From Tubiluchus corallicola (lineage: Eukaryota; Animalia; Priapulida), in contig JAQGDQ010000495.1 of assembly GCA_030141605.1 (NCBI GenBank), positions 100,276 through 164,275 of the forward strand: 64,000 bases of DNA, in the 5' to 3' direction. The notes under the pieces were generated by a model that was given only the letters and a program-made list of their open reading frames with translations, was not told where the DNA came from and did no database searches. A program made the translations under genes and the position numbers. Below are positions 12,095 to 25,690 of the stretch, one piece after another. The number at the start of each line of letters is the position of its first letter. Within the stretch, counting starts at the first letter, position 1.

Positions 12095-15000
12095 CTTTAA
12101 TCTTTTTCAGTGCTAAAATCATTGACTTTATTTACAAACAGCCGTTCACATAATTATAGATGCTTCTCGCTCAACAGTGTTCTATTGAGATCTGTTGTGA
12201 TAGACATAGACAGAGACATTTTTTTATTTTCTCCAAATGTGTCACAAATTTCCATTTTACGAAAAAAACTTTACTTTATCTACGGAGATGGGGCGAGGAA
12301 AGGATAGCTATTTGGCTCTCACTCTATCATATTTGTAACAAACCAATAAAGGTTTGTTTTGTCCAGTTCACAACTGCCCTTGAGGCACATTAAATTCTCT
12401 ACAAAGTATACCTTATAATCTCTCTTTCCTTTGACGGAATTAAATTTTAAATACATAATGTTATTAATTTCAAAATGATCGAATAATTAAAGTGTTATAC
12501 CTATATCCCTTTTGTTCCCATTAATTGATTTCCAAAAACCTTAATTTTGTGTTATTACTAACACTTTTGCTGCATTTATCTTGTATTACTGACATTGTTC
12601 CACTTTATAGTACTTCTTTACATATTTTTCCATCCATTTTTTATTTGTTTCTTCACAATCCTGTGCTTTGCCAATACTAATTCCATACTGCTATGTATTT
12701 GCTAATTTTAATTCTATTTCAATAGATAAGCTCGATCCATCATATTGGCATTTAATTTGATGTTCCTCTACTTCACTAGCTAGCAAAGCGTTCATTTCAT
12801 GAATATAGTTGATTATGCTGCTGATATTAAACGAGTTCTGTAAAATATACATTTTTGGAAAGTATGTTCTTCAGTTGGCAGTATTTCCATTTTCCAGTTA
12901 TGATATTAATATAATGCACGAACTAAAAAATAATTTACATTTACGGTCACATATACATTTTATGGGTATGCCAAGCATATGATTCTTAACCACTCATGTG
13001 CTCACGAATCATGATCTTGCACTGTTATCAATGAAGTGTGTGGTTTTAATTAACAGTATTATAAACAATAAATATATCACATTATTAATAACATCACGTA
13101 TTTCTATAGCTGCAGTAATAATGGCATCAAAGTAACTGTGCATTTTCGTTTATGTTGCACAGCTGGCACATAGCGCAATTTTTTTTCATAAAGTATTTCC
13201 AGCATATTATTTATTTCCAATCATTAGATTCTTGTTTTTTGGGGGGGGGGTTTCTGCTGGCTAGTTATTTTCTTAATAATTATTGCATATAAATTAATAG
13301 TAGAAACATGGATTGATTGTAAAATAGAAAATTTTTTTTAATAAAAACAGCAAAAAGAAATATCAGTCTGTTACTTTAAATATTGCTACAATCTATGCAT
13401 TTATTCGCAGTTCTTGTTTTAATAGTTTTACAGCTCACAGCTAAATATATAAAAAAGCAAGTATTGAGAATTTTTGAACGAGCTGCTTATTTTGGACAGT
13501 ATGTGGCGCTGCCCGTAGGCCACCTACCGACGATTGCTTGCACTGTTTTTAGGCTGTATTTTAGAAAGTTGTTGTAAATGGATCAGCTATGATTTTATAG
13601 AAACTGGTTACATAATTTAATAAGATGTCTAGCGGGTTTGTTACTTATTATTATTGCTTGCTTTGCTTTACATACAAAATTTAACCAATGCATTAAAAAC
13701 AGCAAAATTGCAGAATTTGATGTAGTTTTTCTACCCCACCCTTGTTTTAAGTTAAGCCTTCAAGTCAACGTTGTTAAACTAGTTGGTTTTAAATACGATT
13801 GCAGTAGTAGGCCTGATATAAGAAATACTAAGTCAAAATAGGTTTTTATTTGACAGAGGGCGAGTTCTCTGTGTTCTTAGTTTTACTAACAGTTTACCAG
13901 AAAGAGTGGTTGGTGCACCGAATTTAAACTTTTTTAAAGAGAGATTGAGGGCTTCACGTTAGCCATGGTTTAAGAATCCATCGTTATTATGAAAGATTAA
14001 GCGAATTTGACTGAAGGCCCTCGCAATTAATGCGCACACTAGCAGTTTAAAAATAGCTGTGTTTGATGTTTTTATAAATATAATTTTTTCTGATGCATTG
14101 TCAAGTCCAAGTTTAAGTTAATGTCATAATAAAACGGAAAAAGTTTAACTGAGTGTAGACGTGAACACAGCTGCTGAATGTAGACTCAGAATTACACTTA
14201 GTTAAAGCACAGTATAAAAATCTAGCTATAGACAAGAAATGCCAATTGATGGAGCGTGGAATTGAAATGCTTTCATAAATAATTAGGTTGTAATTACTTA
14301 GTTATAACATGCGTAATTACTGTCTGTTGTACTGTCCATGCATACAGTGTGACTAGTCAAGTTGGTCTTTCGTCATTTCGCATCCAAGTCAAGTTGTGAG
14401 TCATTTGTTACGAGTCCGAGTCAATGGCACTCGAGTCTGGCTCTAAAGGAAATTGCAAGTCCAAGTTTCAGACTGTAGTAATACACCACTGTTAATATGG
14501 CGACTTCTTCTTAGTTACAGTCGAGTGAAAACTCTGCTTAATTTAAAGTAAGCTGTAAACGTTGCAATTTTGTGGAAGCAGGACTTCGCTATCTAAATAG
14601 GTCAACTCCGAAAAAATATATGGTTTCATTAATTCAAAAACCTAGTCAAATATGGCAAGCTTAGTTTACCAGCCATATGGACAGATGTACAGACATCTTC
14701 CGCCTGTCCTTGAGCAGATTTACTGGAATTAGGACCAGCATTAAATTTGCACTTTGATTATCAAAGCACATTTTTGATCGACAAACTCATATCAGCTTGA
14801 GCCTTAGCACACTTTTTCTAGACAATAATAATCGCATACCTACTTTTAATGACATTTTTAATTGACTGCGAAATATGGGTCTTATTTTTAAAGTTGTAGA
14901 ATAAGGTTGATTATAAACTAAATTTAAAAAAGCTTTATAAAAATTGGGTTTTCCTCTGTAATTATCCAGAGTGAAAAATGCTTCTACATTTATTTACTAA

Positions 15001-15422
15001 GACTAAGTAGGAATAGTCACTTGTAACATCACCTATGGTGTCTATATAACATTACTACTTATGTGGTTTTTATTCATAAGCTAAGATGGCACTATATAGA
15101 CAAATTATTCGAAAAGTGGCAGTTTGAAATTACCAGCATAGTATAAGAACATTAAGTGGGTCTATGAGATGAATTATTTTTCAGTTACAGTATTTCAAAT
15201 TGTCATGTCATGTAATGTTAACAATATGGCATGTGTAAATATTTAAATGCACTCCTGGCATTTTGATCTCCAGTTTTTTTTGAAAAATCTAAGTTAGTGA
15301 ACTCTAGAGCGTTTTAGTTTTGATGTGGAGCTTGGCTTAGAGAAAAATCAGTCATGGCAATGGATATATAAGAATATATTCACCTTTTTTGTTAGGTAAA
15401 ACGTACTTTTTTTATTTTGTAG

Positions 15423-16861
15423 TGGGCCAGAAGATGAAACTGCAGCAGATAAGGGTGCCGGAGATGCAAAGACTGAAATGGTAGAAATAAAACTTGAAAG
15501 GTGAATAATATCTATTTACTACTCAGGTCGGAGACAAAAAAACTTGTTTCTGTCTTACCTAATGAGCTCGGAAGATGCCAGTAGGGAGGAAGGAAAAAAA
15601 TTTTGTTTAAGGCTTTGTAAATGTTTTAAGCTGAATCGTGGAATATTTAAAATTAGTTGAAACCAAAATTTGTTTCCAACTGGTTAGCAATAATGTTTTG
15701 AAGTTTTCAATGCTTGTTTTTTAACGCTTCGTTTTTTGTTTCACATTACTATATTATCGTATAATCATCGATGATTGTATAGTCTTTTTTGTATCATGAA
15801 CGTATGTTCTGATAATTACGATATAAGTGGCAACACTACTCGGCTGTTAATACAACTGATTTGGTGGAAAATTATGTACTTTTTAGCTTCCAATACGATA
15901 GCATCATATAAAATGGTAGCCCTGGCCGAGAGTTAGCAGTGGAAAAGCATGGCTGCATCCTGCGTTCCCCAAAAGAATGATGTTATGATGATCATTGCAT
16001 TTTACGTTTTAAATTAAAAAAGTACGCTTTTATATGACTGCGTCAAGTATGTATATGAACGTACAAAAAATTGTAAAATTCCCGGCCGTGTGCGCAATAA
16101 AAACATATTACCCGGGCAATTAGACAGACACAGAAGTATTTTTATTCTCGGCCTCATAAGTAATTTAATATGTAAATTATTCCATATTTCCTGAAATATT
16201 TTATAGCTTTTATTACTTTATCTGTGTCTGCCGGCAGTTTGCTGAGTTCAGTAGGCCTAACCCATAAACTTAGTCTTTACAGCTTTACCATTGCTTTGAA
16301 TAATGCTGAGTGCATTTAGAACTGTAATAGATTTAAGCATATTTCTGATGTTCATGAATACCTACATGTGATTTCACTATTACACACACTTTCCAGCTTT
16401 GCAAGAAAATCACCAACTAAACCTTTACAAATACGAAATTAGTATTTTAAGGTATTTAAAGTTGTTTTTATTAAGAAGTTGAATAAAAATTAATCTTGTT
16501 AATGGTCTATTTAATGGATCTAATCACTAAAAATGTCAAACATTTTTTTCTGTATAGTCCTAGTAATGGAGGAGTAGATAATCCATTCAGGCCTGGAGGT
16601 CCGCTGTCACAGGAGGCGGATCTCCTAATTGATGCTATAAAGCATGGACGACCGCTTACGCCTACGGGTGATATAGAAATGGAGTCCATTACTCGAACAG
16701 GTGCGTCTCAAGTCAGCGCTGCGCCACCTGGGGCGGGAGGCGATGCTGCTGATGGCAAAACTGTAAAAGTGGAAGGTACGGTTGTTTCAGGTACAGATGC
16801 GAGTCAAGCGGAAAAGGTAACTATTGAGAAGAAGAAAAAGAAGTGCTGTGTTATACTGTAG
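15423..16861 (+). CDS. Small uncharacterized protein with NPFRPGGPLSQEAD motif and polybasic CCVIL prenylation signal (5' end uncertain)
   Basis: Exon 15423-15500 (tttgtag|...GAAAG|gtgaat) splices in phase to 16558-16861 (tgtatag|TCCT...), giving GPEDETAADKGAGDAKTEMVEIKLES-PSNGGVDNPFRPGG...KKKKKCCVIL*. Both exons are GC-rich against AT-rich flanks. The start is either ATG 15478 or an upstream exon I did not find. Confidence 0.82.
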
Positions 16862-19800
16862 CATTTTTCTGATGTAGCTTTGTATCGAACTTTCATTGTG
16901 CATGTGTATTTTCAATTTAATTATTACTAGGTTGTGTCCTGGAGTTCTGGACCAACATTTAACTGTGAACAGAATACTCTGGAGTTATTCTTACATTTAT
17001 TATCGCTACTACTTTTAAGTATGTACATTGTACACCATACATAAAACTAATACAGTTGCATGATAATATGAAATATGTGCATTTTTAGTATGTGCTAAAT
17101 TATTTTTTCACTACCACACTAGTATTACTAAGGCAGTTTTAATTGCTTCTGCAATTTCAAGAGTTTTTAAGCTACGAATCTCACGCTTAGTTTTTTACAA
17201 ATATTATTCTTTAAATATCTTGCATTGTTGTGAACTTCCGTGACATGTTCATCATATCACGTAGTGAATTGCGCATCACCTAGTCACTTATGCACACCTG
17301 TACTATTCATAATCTTAGATTTTTTATATTATTTATTATTTATCATAGTTTAGAATAAGTGCCGGATTTACAACATTTTTATGCTTTTGTAAAATTGCAA
17401 GGGCCTACGCTAAAGTATTTCGCCACTATCACTTTTAGTCTGTTACAACGTGCAGTAATGTACTGTTTGTAAAAAAATCGTCTATTAGTGGCCCAGTACT
17501 ACAGATATATGTTTATAAGAGGTGCTTGCTAATAGTTATGATGCGAGTAATATCAGTTTTAAGATTTTGCACTTGGATATTGCAAGTGCAAATTGTATTA
17601 TGCTTAGATCACAATTTTACGAATAGATGGTGAATAAATCTACACAGTATAGTAGGCACTAAGGGTATCCTTGGTGCTGAATCATCAACGTGATTATGCA
17701 GTTAGTGAATATAAACTTATGGTCGAACTTAATCGTTTTTTAATAATTTAACTGAATTAACAAACGCATTTTTAATTGGTTTTTGCCGTCACAGAACCGC
17801 CGTTTCTGAAATGTGTCGTCTATTTTTTTTGTTTTTTATTTTGTAATCTACTAGCAAATTAACTTACTCTGATCTAGTAATGTAGTAAACAGTTGCATAG
17901 TTTTGTTATTTAGTACTTAGCATTGCTTATAAATATATTATATTTATACATGTGGAGTTTTAGTTAGTATTGATTTTTAGTTAGTTAGTCTAAATACCTG
18001 AAAGCAAAAGCTGTATAGAGACATCTCACTTTCTGAGAGAAGCATTATTAATTCGTAACACCTATTTGATTTTAGTGTGTACTGGTACAAAAATTTTTAC
18101 TTACTGCAGTTAACTTAACAATGGTGCTCCTTGCAAATTTACTCACCGTTTGATTTTATTTTCACACAATATCATTCACTATGGTATAGATTAGAAGGTT
18201 AAACAGGTTCTTAAAACTGCTTTTGTGTGCACAGTGTTTTTGTACCATTTTCTAAGTTATATGATTTACGTAATTTGTCTTTTATACTTTTTAACTTTCA
18301 CTAATAATTTGACAATTGGGCTTCAAATGTGAAGTGTTTGGTTATATTAATGAGTTTGGATCTCGTAAACCTATGCTGTTCTTGTGTTATGCAGTTTATG
18401 TTTTCAATTGCACATTATATACTTTCAACAAATGTGCATTTCATAAGCAAATTGCATGGTTAATATCTATCAACGTCTGGTACTATGATTAAATGAATAA
18501 TTAATTATGTAATATAACTAAACATTTGCTGTTATTCATTTTTATATTTTCTTGTCCCAAACCTTTTCAAATTTTTGTACAGTTCGTTTTCTTTGGATGT
18601 GTGTAACTGTAACAGTTCTAATGAGGTAGTTAGTTATAATATTGAATAGTTTATTTTTATTCATGGCAGACTGAACTATGTTTGCAACTAATTTACTTCT
18701 AATTCTAGTAGCTTGACTAACACGAATTTTCATGTTTATATTTCTTAACATTGTTATGTTATAACAAAATCACAATTCTGGAATTTGGCTATATATAAAA
18801 ATGCTGCACTTATGGGTTATGGTCTCCTTGCACATACCTAGTGTTTGTCAAAGTAGAAGAGCATTATTCCCAAAAATATTGATTGGATTTCCTGGAATAT
18901 TTTGTTATTGATTAAAATGTAATTACATTATTCAAGTTTTGACAATTTGAAGTTGTACATTGCATTTTTTGCATTTATTTCAATTACATTTATAATGTTC
19001 CTAAAATTTTAACATTTCAAGCACTGAAAATGTAAGCAAGTTATTTTAATTTTTTTGAAAGATCTATTTCCATTGCGGATGAAAGTTGATAATTGTATTT
19101 GCTAAATTGTTTGCATTTTGTAACCTGCAGAAATTATCTCTAGTGCTATTAGTATGAATAGTGTGCTGGAGCCAATCCAAATATCAATTTTATTGCTTCC
19201 GTTTTATTGCCACTTCTGTTACATTTATATTATTATTGCATTACTGTCAGGAAGGCATGAATGTTTACCACAGAAGTGTGTATGGTTTAAAACTACGGCT
19301 CTGCATAATCACTTAATTTTAAGGGAACAGTTTGAAGCACTGCCTAACGTTGTACCGTCTCGTTTTCATAAATTAGCTACTGATCATGAATAGTAAACAT
19401 GGTCAAAGTATTAAAAATTTATGAAGATGAAAGTAAACAGTTAAATTTGAAATGTTTCATGATAGTGGCATATTTAATGAGTTGCAGCACTAAGTAGCTC
19501 TGCCTTTCAAAGCTTCATGGTAAAAAACTTATTGGGAGGGGAAGGCTTAAAGTCGTTAATGAAATGTACTTCGAAGCAGGTTAGAAATGCTTACATAGGC
19601 CACCTTTGAGCAATGCAAATTTATAATTTTGGAATTAGTGTGCAAAAATTTTCCCAGTATGTCTCATTTTTACTTGATGTTTACCCAAGTTTTTTGGTAA
19701 TATAATCAGTGTTTCTCTACCTTTTGCTAATTGTTTGTACAGTTTGTAGACGTGGATCTTCCGTAGTTGTATAATGCAAACAAAGGGGTTAAGCATTTTT

Positions 19801-20445
19801 ACTTTATGTCATGTTATTGTTCTGGTTACAGCACAGGTGAACTCAACAACAGCAGCTTTTGTATCTAATGTTGCAAGTGTAATAGTTTAACATTTTTCTG
19901 AGAAATGTAGGCTAGCTTTTGTAAATAAATATTCATCTGAAAATGTAACGTTTTAGTGAAACGTATTATGTGCATCGATAAATAAAGCATTTTTGTTTTA
20001 CAGCTTATTAACGCATTTGTATTGTTTCAGTCAGTAGTTAGTGATTCACTGTTCTACTGTTGGTGATAAACCTTTAATTTTTAGAACATTAACACTAGAC
20101 GTAACTGCTATAAGCGAGTCTAACATGGTTATATAAATTTACACTTCAAGTTTAACTGCAAACTTTCAGCTCGAAGAAAAGACAAGAATCCAAGTAACAA
20201 TTCTTACTTCAAGCCAATGAAGATAAAAGATAAGTTTGAAGATGAACTGGAAATTTAAACTGCTGCTGCATGTTACCATACGAGTTTTCATGTACTCAAC
20301 GTATGCAAGACTGCATTGGTCAAAAACAATATTTAAGTAATTAATTTAACTTGAAAGTAGTTTTATTACATATTGCTAAAAGCTCTAATTTACTATCAAC
20401 ACTGTACACAAATGGCAGTTTCTTCTAGCTAGGCGACACTTATCA

Positions 20446-21552
20446 TCAAGATGTAAGCCGTTGTGCTTGTTCTACTTTTGCTCTCAATGATGCTAGAGAG
20501 ATCAGAATAGCTTCTTCTGTTCGTATAGTTCTACTACCTTGACGAGGACATGTGTTTAAATAATATGGAAATAAATCAGCCGGTTGTGTCTCTTTCAACC
20601 GTTCATCTGCTTCTAATGCAGCTTCTATACCATGCAATCCTCCAAATACGACAATCATGTGTTTAAATGATGGCAATGAGATGCCATCAACATTTTCACC
20701 TTTGTCTGAAGTTCCAACTAAAAGATCGTATCCGTCCTTATAAGGAGCTTCTGTGATTACTGTTCTCAAGCAAGAAGCTAAGCGCACAGAGTAGCCCCAG
20801 TACAGGTTTTCATATAATGTTGGTATGTTTGGAGACACCACTGCACCTTTCAACTTTTTGCCAGAGTCGGCATTCTGCAATTTTACTGTAACTCGTGTGC
20901 CAGGTTGCAAAACTTTGTCGATTTGGGCTTCTTTGTAGAGTCCTACATTGACAAATGATCCTCTTCCAGGTTTCACAGGTTTATCCAAAACTACGCCTTC
21001 CCGATAAGTGCTCTCTTCGTCCATTCGTAGATGATGAGGTGCATCCAAAGGATTTAACAACCCAGCATATTGCAAATCTTTATGTTGCGGAAAAAGGCTC
21101 TTGCGGAGGTACTGCGGGCACTCTAAGTACTGTAATATTCTTCCCAATTGCACTGTCCCATGTCCTTTTTTACCAATGCCACTAAATTCTCCGGAAGTCG
21201 TCTTTTCTTCGCTACTCGATGCAATCTCATCATAAATGACAACTTCATCAATGTTAAATATAGATGCAGCTCTTGCTATCTGACCTGCTAAGTATGTCCT
21301 GAGTTCCGGAGACTGCGCATTATCCAGAATGGAACCCGGTAATGCGATGCTAATGGTGTACTGGGTTCTTGCAGTTTTATGTCTTTTTTCCACTTCTTTT
21401 TCTCTTTGTTCTTGTTTTAAAACCTCATTCTGTTTTCTTTCCAGCTCTTTAATCAGTTTAAGTTCCCTCCATTTCTTTCTCTCCTGTTTTTCTACTGCAC
21501 TGCGCTTCTTAACTTTCTTTAATTTAGATTCACTGGACTTGGTTGTAGCCAT
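20446..21552 (-). CDS. SPOUT1: SPOUT domain methyltransferase 1 (C9orf114/CENP-32 homolog), single-exon CDS, 368 aa
   Basis: Family motifs TISIALPGSILDNAQSPELRTYLAGQIARAA, LQYLECPQYLRK, AGLLNPLDAPHH, YWGYSVR and NTCPRQGSRTIRTEEAILISL; uninterrupted ORF. Confidence 0.97.
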   Translation of the reverse strand: MATTKSSESKLKKVKKRSAVEKQERKKWRELKLIKELERKQNEVLKQEQREKEVEKRHKTARTQYTISIALPGSILDNAQSPELRTYLAGQIARAASIFNIDEVVIYDEIASSSEEKTTSGEFSGIGKKGHGTVQLGRILQYLECPQYLRKSLFPQHKDLQYAGLLNPLDAPHHLRMDEESTYREGVVLDKPVKPGRGSFVNVGLYKEAQIDKVLQPGTRVTVKLQNADSGKKLKGAVVSPNIPTLYENLYWGYSVRLASCLRTVITEAPYKDGYDLLVGTSDKGENVDGISLPSFKHMIVVFGGLHGIEAALEADERLKETQPADLFPYYLNTCPRQGSRTIRTEEAILISLASLRAKVEQAQRLTS

Positions 21553-21663
21553 AAGTTAGCAGCTGAGATTCTTGACAAATCTATAAAATAGAAGAAACTG
21601 AAACAAATCATACTATCTGAAACAAGCCGGTCAGTGAAGCTCTAGTTTTAAGTGTATGTAGAA

Positions 21664-22519
21664 TAAGGCTGTAACAGTACACCTAAGTCATGATATGATA
21701 CACATCACATTACTAAGCTCACAATACGATACGTATCATGATGCACATGACTTTAACGTTTGCAGGTTTTATGAAAAAATAGATGGTGCTAAATATGTTT
21801 ATCAGTCAACAGTTTTATGACTGCTAAGTGCTCGAATAACTCAACAACAACAACAATAATAAATAAATAATTTTATTGCCTAAAATTTATATAAAAATTT
21901 TATTTGGCGTACAAAATTTACACTCAAAATTTACAAAAAATCTACAACAATATCTTAAAAACTACAGTTACGTATAAACTTAAAAGACTAACTCTACTAC
22001 ATTATGCAGACAAAAATAAAATAAGAAAAAAGTTAAAATTTTTAGGAATGAAAATGTTTTAATTTAACGTACAAAACAGCAATACATTGGGAGTTTTTCA
22101 CCTTCAATGTATAGACTATTGTTTGCATCGTAAGCCATAAAAAAGCAAAACATATCAAAATTTCAGGATTAAAAGTTGTTTGTGCATTTTCTGGTTCACA
22201 CTTGCCATTTTATGAGTTTATATATGCAAACAATGTAATTAGTCTATTACAAACTAAACACCTTGCATTTTCAATTGCTTTGGCTGCTAGCAATGGGTCA
22301 AGTCAACTGCTTGCCACACTGATTGTGAGGTATCTACAATACACTCCTCAGCTACAACTTGAGTCACTTCAAATCAGCAATATGGTCAAGTGCGTGCTAA
22401 TTTGCTAAAATAATATCATTGACTTGGATTATCACCATATGGGTGCACTTTGACTATACGAATATCGCAATAAAAGATATCACAATGCATCGATACATCA
22501 AGGTGTCATTGCAGGCATA
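21664..22519. mobile_element. hAT-like MITE family A, copy 1
   Basis: Begins taaggctgtaaca with cgata/gata subterminal repeats and is homologous to 54367-55007. Degenerate right TIR; flanks atgtagaa / atctagag (6/8) fit an old 8-bp TSD. Confidence 0.65.
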
Positions 22520-22728
22520 ATCTAGAGTACTACTAGAATAACATTATGTTGAATAGGTGACTGTCACATGGTTTTAAAACTAATAAAATTCAACAGTATA
22601 AGAGCTAAAATTTAACAGTATAAGAGTCATAATCAAGTTTCAGTAGCAAACCTGACAAAAGCATTGAGCTTGAGACTCCCACAATTGCAACTTGACACTC
22701 TTACACACATATTCAGTATTTACTAAAA

Positions 22729-22806
22729 AGCTGGCTTCACTAGCTGGTCAACCTCAAGGTAGCTGGCTTCACTAGCTGATCAACCTCAAGGTAGCTGGCT
22801 TTCACT
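22729..22806. repeat. 32-bp tandem repeat, about 2.4 copies
   Basis: agctggcttcactagctgRtcaacctcaaggt repeated. Confidence 0.9.
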
Positions 22807-22971
22807 TACATCAACTATAGTGCAATGAAGCAAAGCTTAATAAAGATGTCTATTTATCTATTTGCTACATCTATGGTAATGACATTGTTAAGGGACAAAA
22901 AAGCAAAATTTTTATATAAAGCTAGAAAATTTTCCTTGAAATTTCATATCGATTACATTACTTGTTGTTAA

Positions 22972-23646
22972 CAGTGGCATCGCTAGGGTTTATGGCTCCC
23001 AGGGGCAAAGGTACAGCATGGCACTTTGTCTGTAGAGTGGGAGCCACAACGAGCAAGCATAGTGAGTGAGAAAAATTTTCTGACCCCTTATTAGGAGCCT
23101 GGAGATTAAATGAGCTTTTGAGATGGTGTTGTAAAAAAAGTTAGAAATAATGACAATTTTGGTTCCATTTTTTAGATTTTTGAGAAAAAACATTAAACTT
23201 CTGTTATTTCAAGAAAAACACAAAACAACGGTAAAGCAAACACAGCACAACACATACGATTCCATGAATAATAAATTAGAAATGATGCAGCATCTACCAA
23301 AAAACAGAAAGCCAATCAGCAAGCGCCCGCTCTCTGTTACTATAGTACTGTTGCTGTAGTACATGGTTTGACATCATGAATTTTTTGTAAAAACATGCGC
23401 AATAGCGGCATTGGTCTGGTTTATCACTCTTTCTTTTCTGCAAATGTGCCATCGCCGTTGTTGACATTTTAGTTGGCAAGTAAAAATAAAAGAATAAAAG
23501 CAATACGTTATAAAATAATTCAAGGTCAATGGACGGCAGTGGGTGGGTGGTGGCATGTCTATTTAGATAAAAAAATGTATTCTTTCCAAAAAATATGGCA
23601 CCCAGGGACATGTGTCCCCCTTGCCCCCCCCCAAGAGACGGCAATA
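22972..23646. mobile_element. hAT-like MITE with perfect 8-bp TSD
   Basis: GTTGTTAA at 22964-71 and 23647-54. Degenerate TIRs cagtggcatc / gacggcaata; G/C-run subterminal sequence. Confidence 0.8.
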
Positions 23647-24559
23647 GTTGTTAACAATAAAACACCGCTTACATAATAAACCATTACATATCTTAAGACT
23701 TTAAATGTTGGTGCTGCAATTACTCTGCCGGTAAAGAGCAACTTTAAGCAAGATTGTAAAACAAAACAAAAACGGTAATTTTACAGTGCAAAACATCATA
23801 CCATTTTCTTTTCAGGTCTCTTAAAAAGCTACTGAACCTTCTAGCGGTATGTCAGAGTGAGACACAGTTGTAGTCTCAGTTTTACTTTTTGGCAATTGTA
23901 TAACTTCAGAGATCTACTGTAATTCATTAGTAATATGACAGCATACTTGTAACGCCCGGATTCATCTCATGGTGTGATAAAAGTGAAAATACCAAACTCA
24001 TTTGTGTTGTTACATGGATGTCTTTGATAGCACTATATTAATGTGTTTAACCAGTTTATGATAACCCCTGTTAGTTCTGTCCCACTATAATTATGAGATC
24101 CCATGTATATCATATCGTGCTTCTAGTTCAGGACAGCAAATAGTAGTAGTACAAACAAAGAGTCTGATGTTCATTGAAAGCCATTAAGCATGGGACGATG
24201 CCTACATACACCCGCAAGTTACGTTAAAACTATTTTTCTGCCTAAATTCTGGAGGAAAGAAAGAAACGTGCTGTTTATGGATGGAATTCCGAGATCGTGC
24301 AACCAGCCCAGGTACTACCCAACTTCTAATAAACAAGCTAAACTTTTGCCATGGCTAATTTGAGTGCGAGAAGGAAAAGGGGTTTGGATATAGAAATACA
24401 GTAGTGAATAGAAGGATCTGTAATGTACTTACGTTGATTTTAATTGGTGATAGTACAGTAGCAATAGTAGATTTCTTTATTTATTGTCAAAACTTATAAA
24501 AAAATGAACTTTGGCCAGCCTTCCTCACTTCTTTTCGAATTAATTTGTGTGTCATAGTA

Positions 24560-25140
24560 TTAATGCATGATCTTGTAAACTTCAATCATGTATAACCATC
24601 TATAAATTAAGCTAGGTAATTTAAGTAACAGCAACCTATCCTCGCATTCCAGACTTGAAATGTTGTACACTATTTTCGTTGCTCTATGTTGTACATTCTC
24701 TAATAAGTTAATGTCTTTCTTAAGGTAAGGTGACCATATTACATTTCCATACTCCAATACAGGTATAACTAGAAAAGTATACAGTGGAGCAGACATGTCT
24801 GTCAAAGGAGTATTTCATTATTTCCACAATTTTATTTCCTTTGCTAGCAACAGTTTCCGCGAGCTCATCAAAATTTAGATTTCTGTCAACTATCACTCTT
24901 TCTTGCTGTCTGTTCCATCAAGTTCGATCATCTATTCATCTTTATCTATAACGTAGCTCAAACATCTATGGTCATATGCTATATGCATTGCCTTACACTT
25001 TTCGGTATTGAACTTCATTTGCCAAATTCTTGCCCATTCATGTAGGCTGTTCAAATCTGCTTGAAGTTCTTCAGCATCTCCTACACAACCGATTTCACTA
25101 AATATTTTAGTATCATCTGCAAACAATCTTATTGTACTAC
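24560..25140 (-). mobile_element. Degenerate CR1/L2-clade LINE reverse transcriptase 3' fragment
   Basis: Frameshifted ORFs IRLFADDTKIF..LQADLNSLHEWARIWQMKFNTEKCKAMHI and PVLEYGNVIWSPYLKKDINLLENVQHRATK..LKLPSL, typical of the CR1/L2 RT C-terminus. Confidence 0.92.
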
Positions 25141-25549
25141 ATAGTGTGCTACCACAAATCAACAACATCTAGTACCTGCATAATACACGATCTATCGTTT
25201 ATCAAGCCATGCTGTGTCTTTTATATGCCATCTTTAATGTCATATCAATCGTTTACGGATTATTTTTTCCAATATCTTCCGCAAGACTCACTGGTCTATA
25301 ATTTCTCACCATTTTTATTTCCTTTCTTATGCATACGCGACACTTGACTTAACTCCCAATCTTTGGAGAGTACTTCACTTTCCAATGATTTCCGACAAAT
25401 AATTGACAATTGATTATGGAATAACAGGGTTGTTATTAGGACTTTCACTTTTCTAGTGTCCTACCAACGTAACGTTTGTGAGATTGTTGTGAACGGCCTG
25501 AGTAAACACAGTAAGTTTAATTGGACTAGTGTACTGTTACAAAACTTAC

Positions 25550-25690
25550 CAATCACTTTTAATAGGTGAAATTTTTTTGCCAAATTTTGATCATTCCTGC
25601 GCCCATTCAATAAGAGCACAAATATAGCAGGAAACATACATAGATAAATTAGATAGTATGAACAGAGCACGTGTGGAAGATGTCATCTTT
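25550..25690 (-). other. Putative 5' UTR exon of SPOUT1
   Basis: Strong donor TTG|gtaagt at 25549, and an acceptor ttctattttatag at 21581-82 about 30 nt upstream of the ATG. Adjacent CpG-richer stretch at 25760-25870. The upstream boundary is a guess. Confidence 0.45.

Noticed and set aside
14345-14491. CAGTG...CACTG element with gagtc/aagtc repeats (hAT-like)
   Set aside because: No TSD and very short termini, so it was not called.
20955-21559. Plus-strand ORFs overlapping SPOUT1, and similar short ORFs antisense to GEF/ENPP exons
   Set aside because: Shadow frames of real coding exons.
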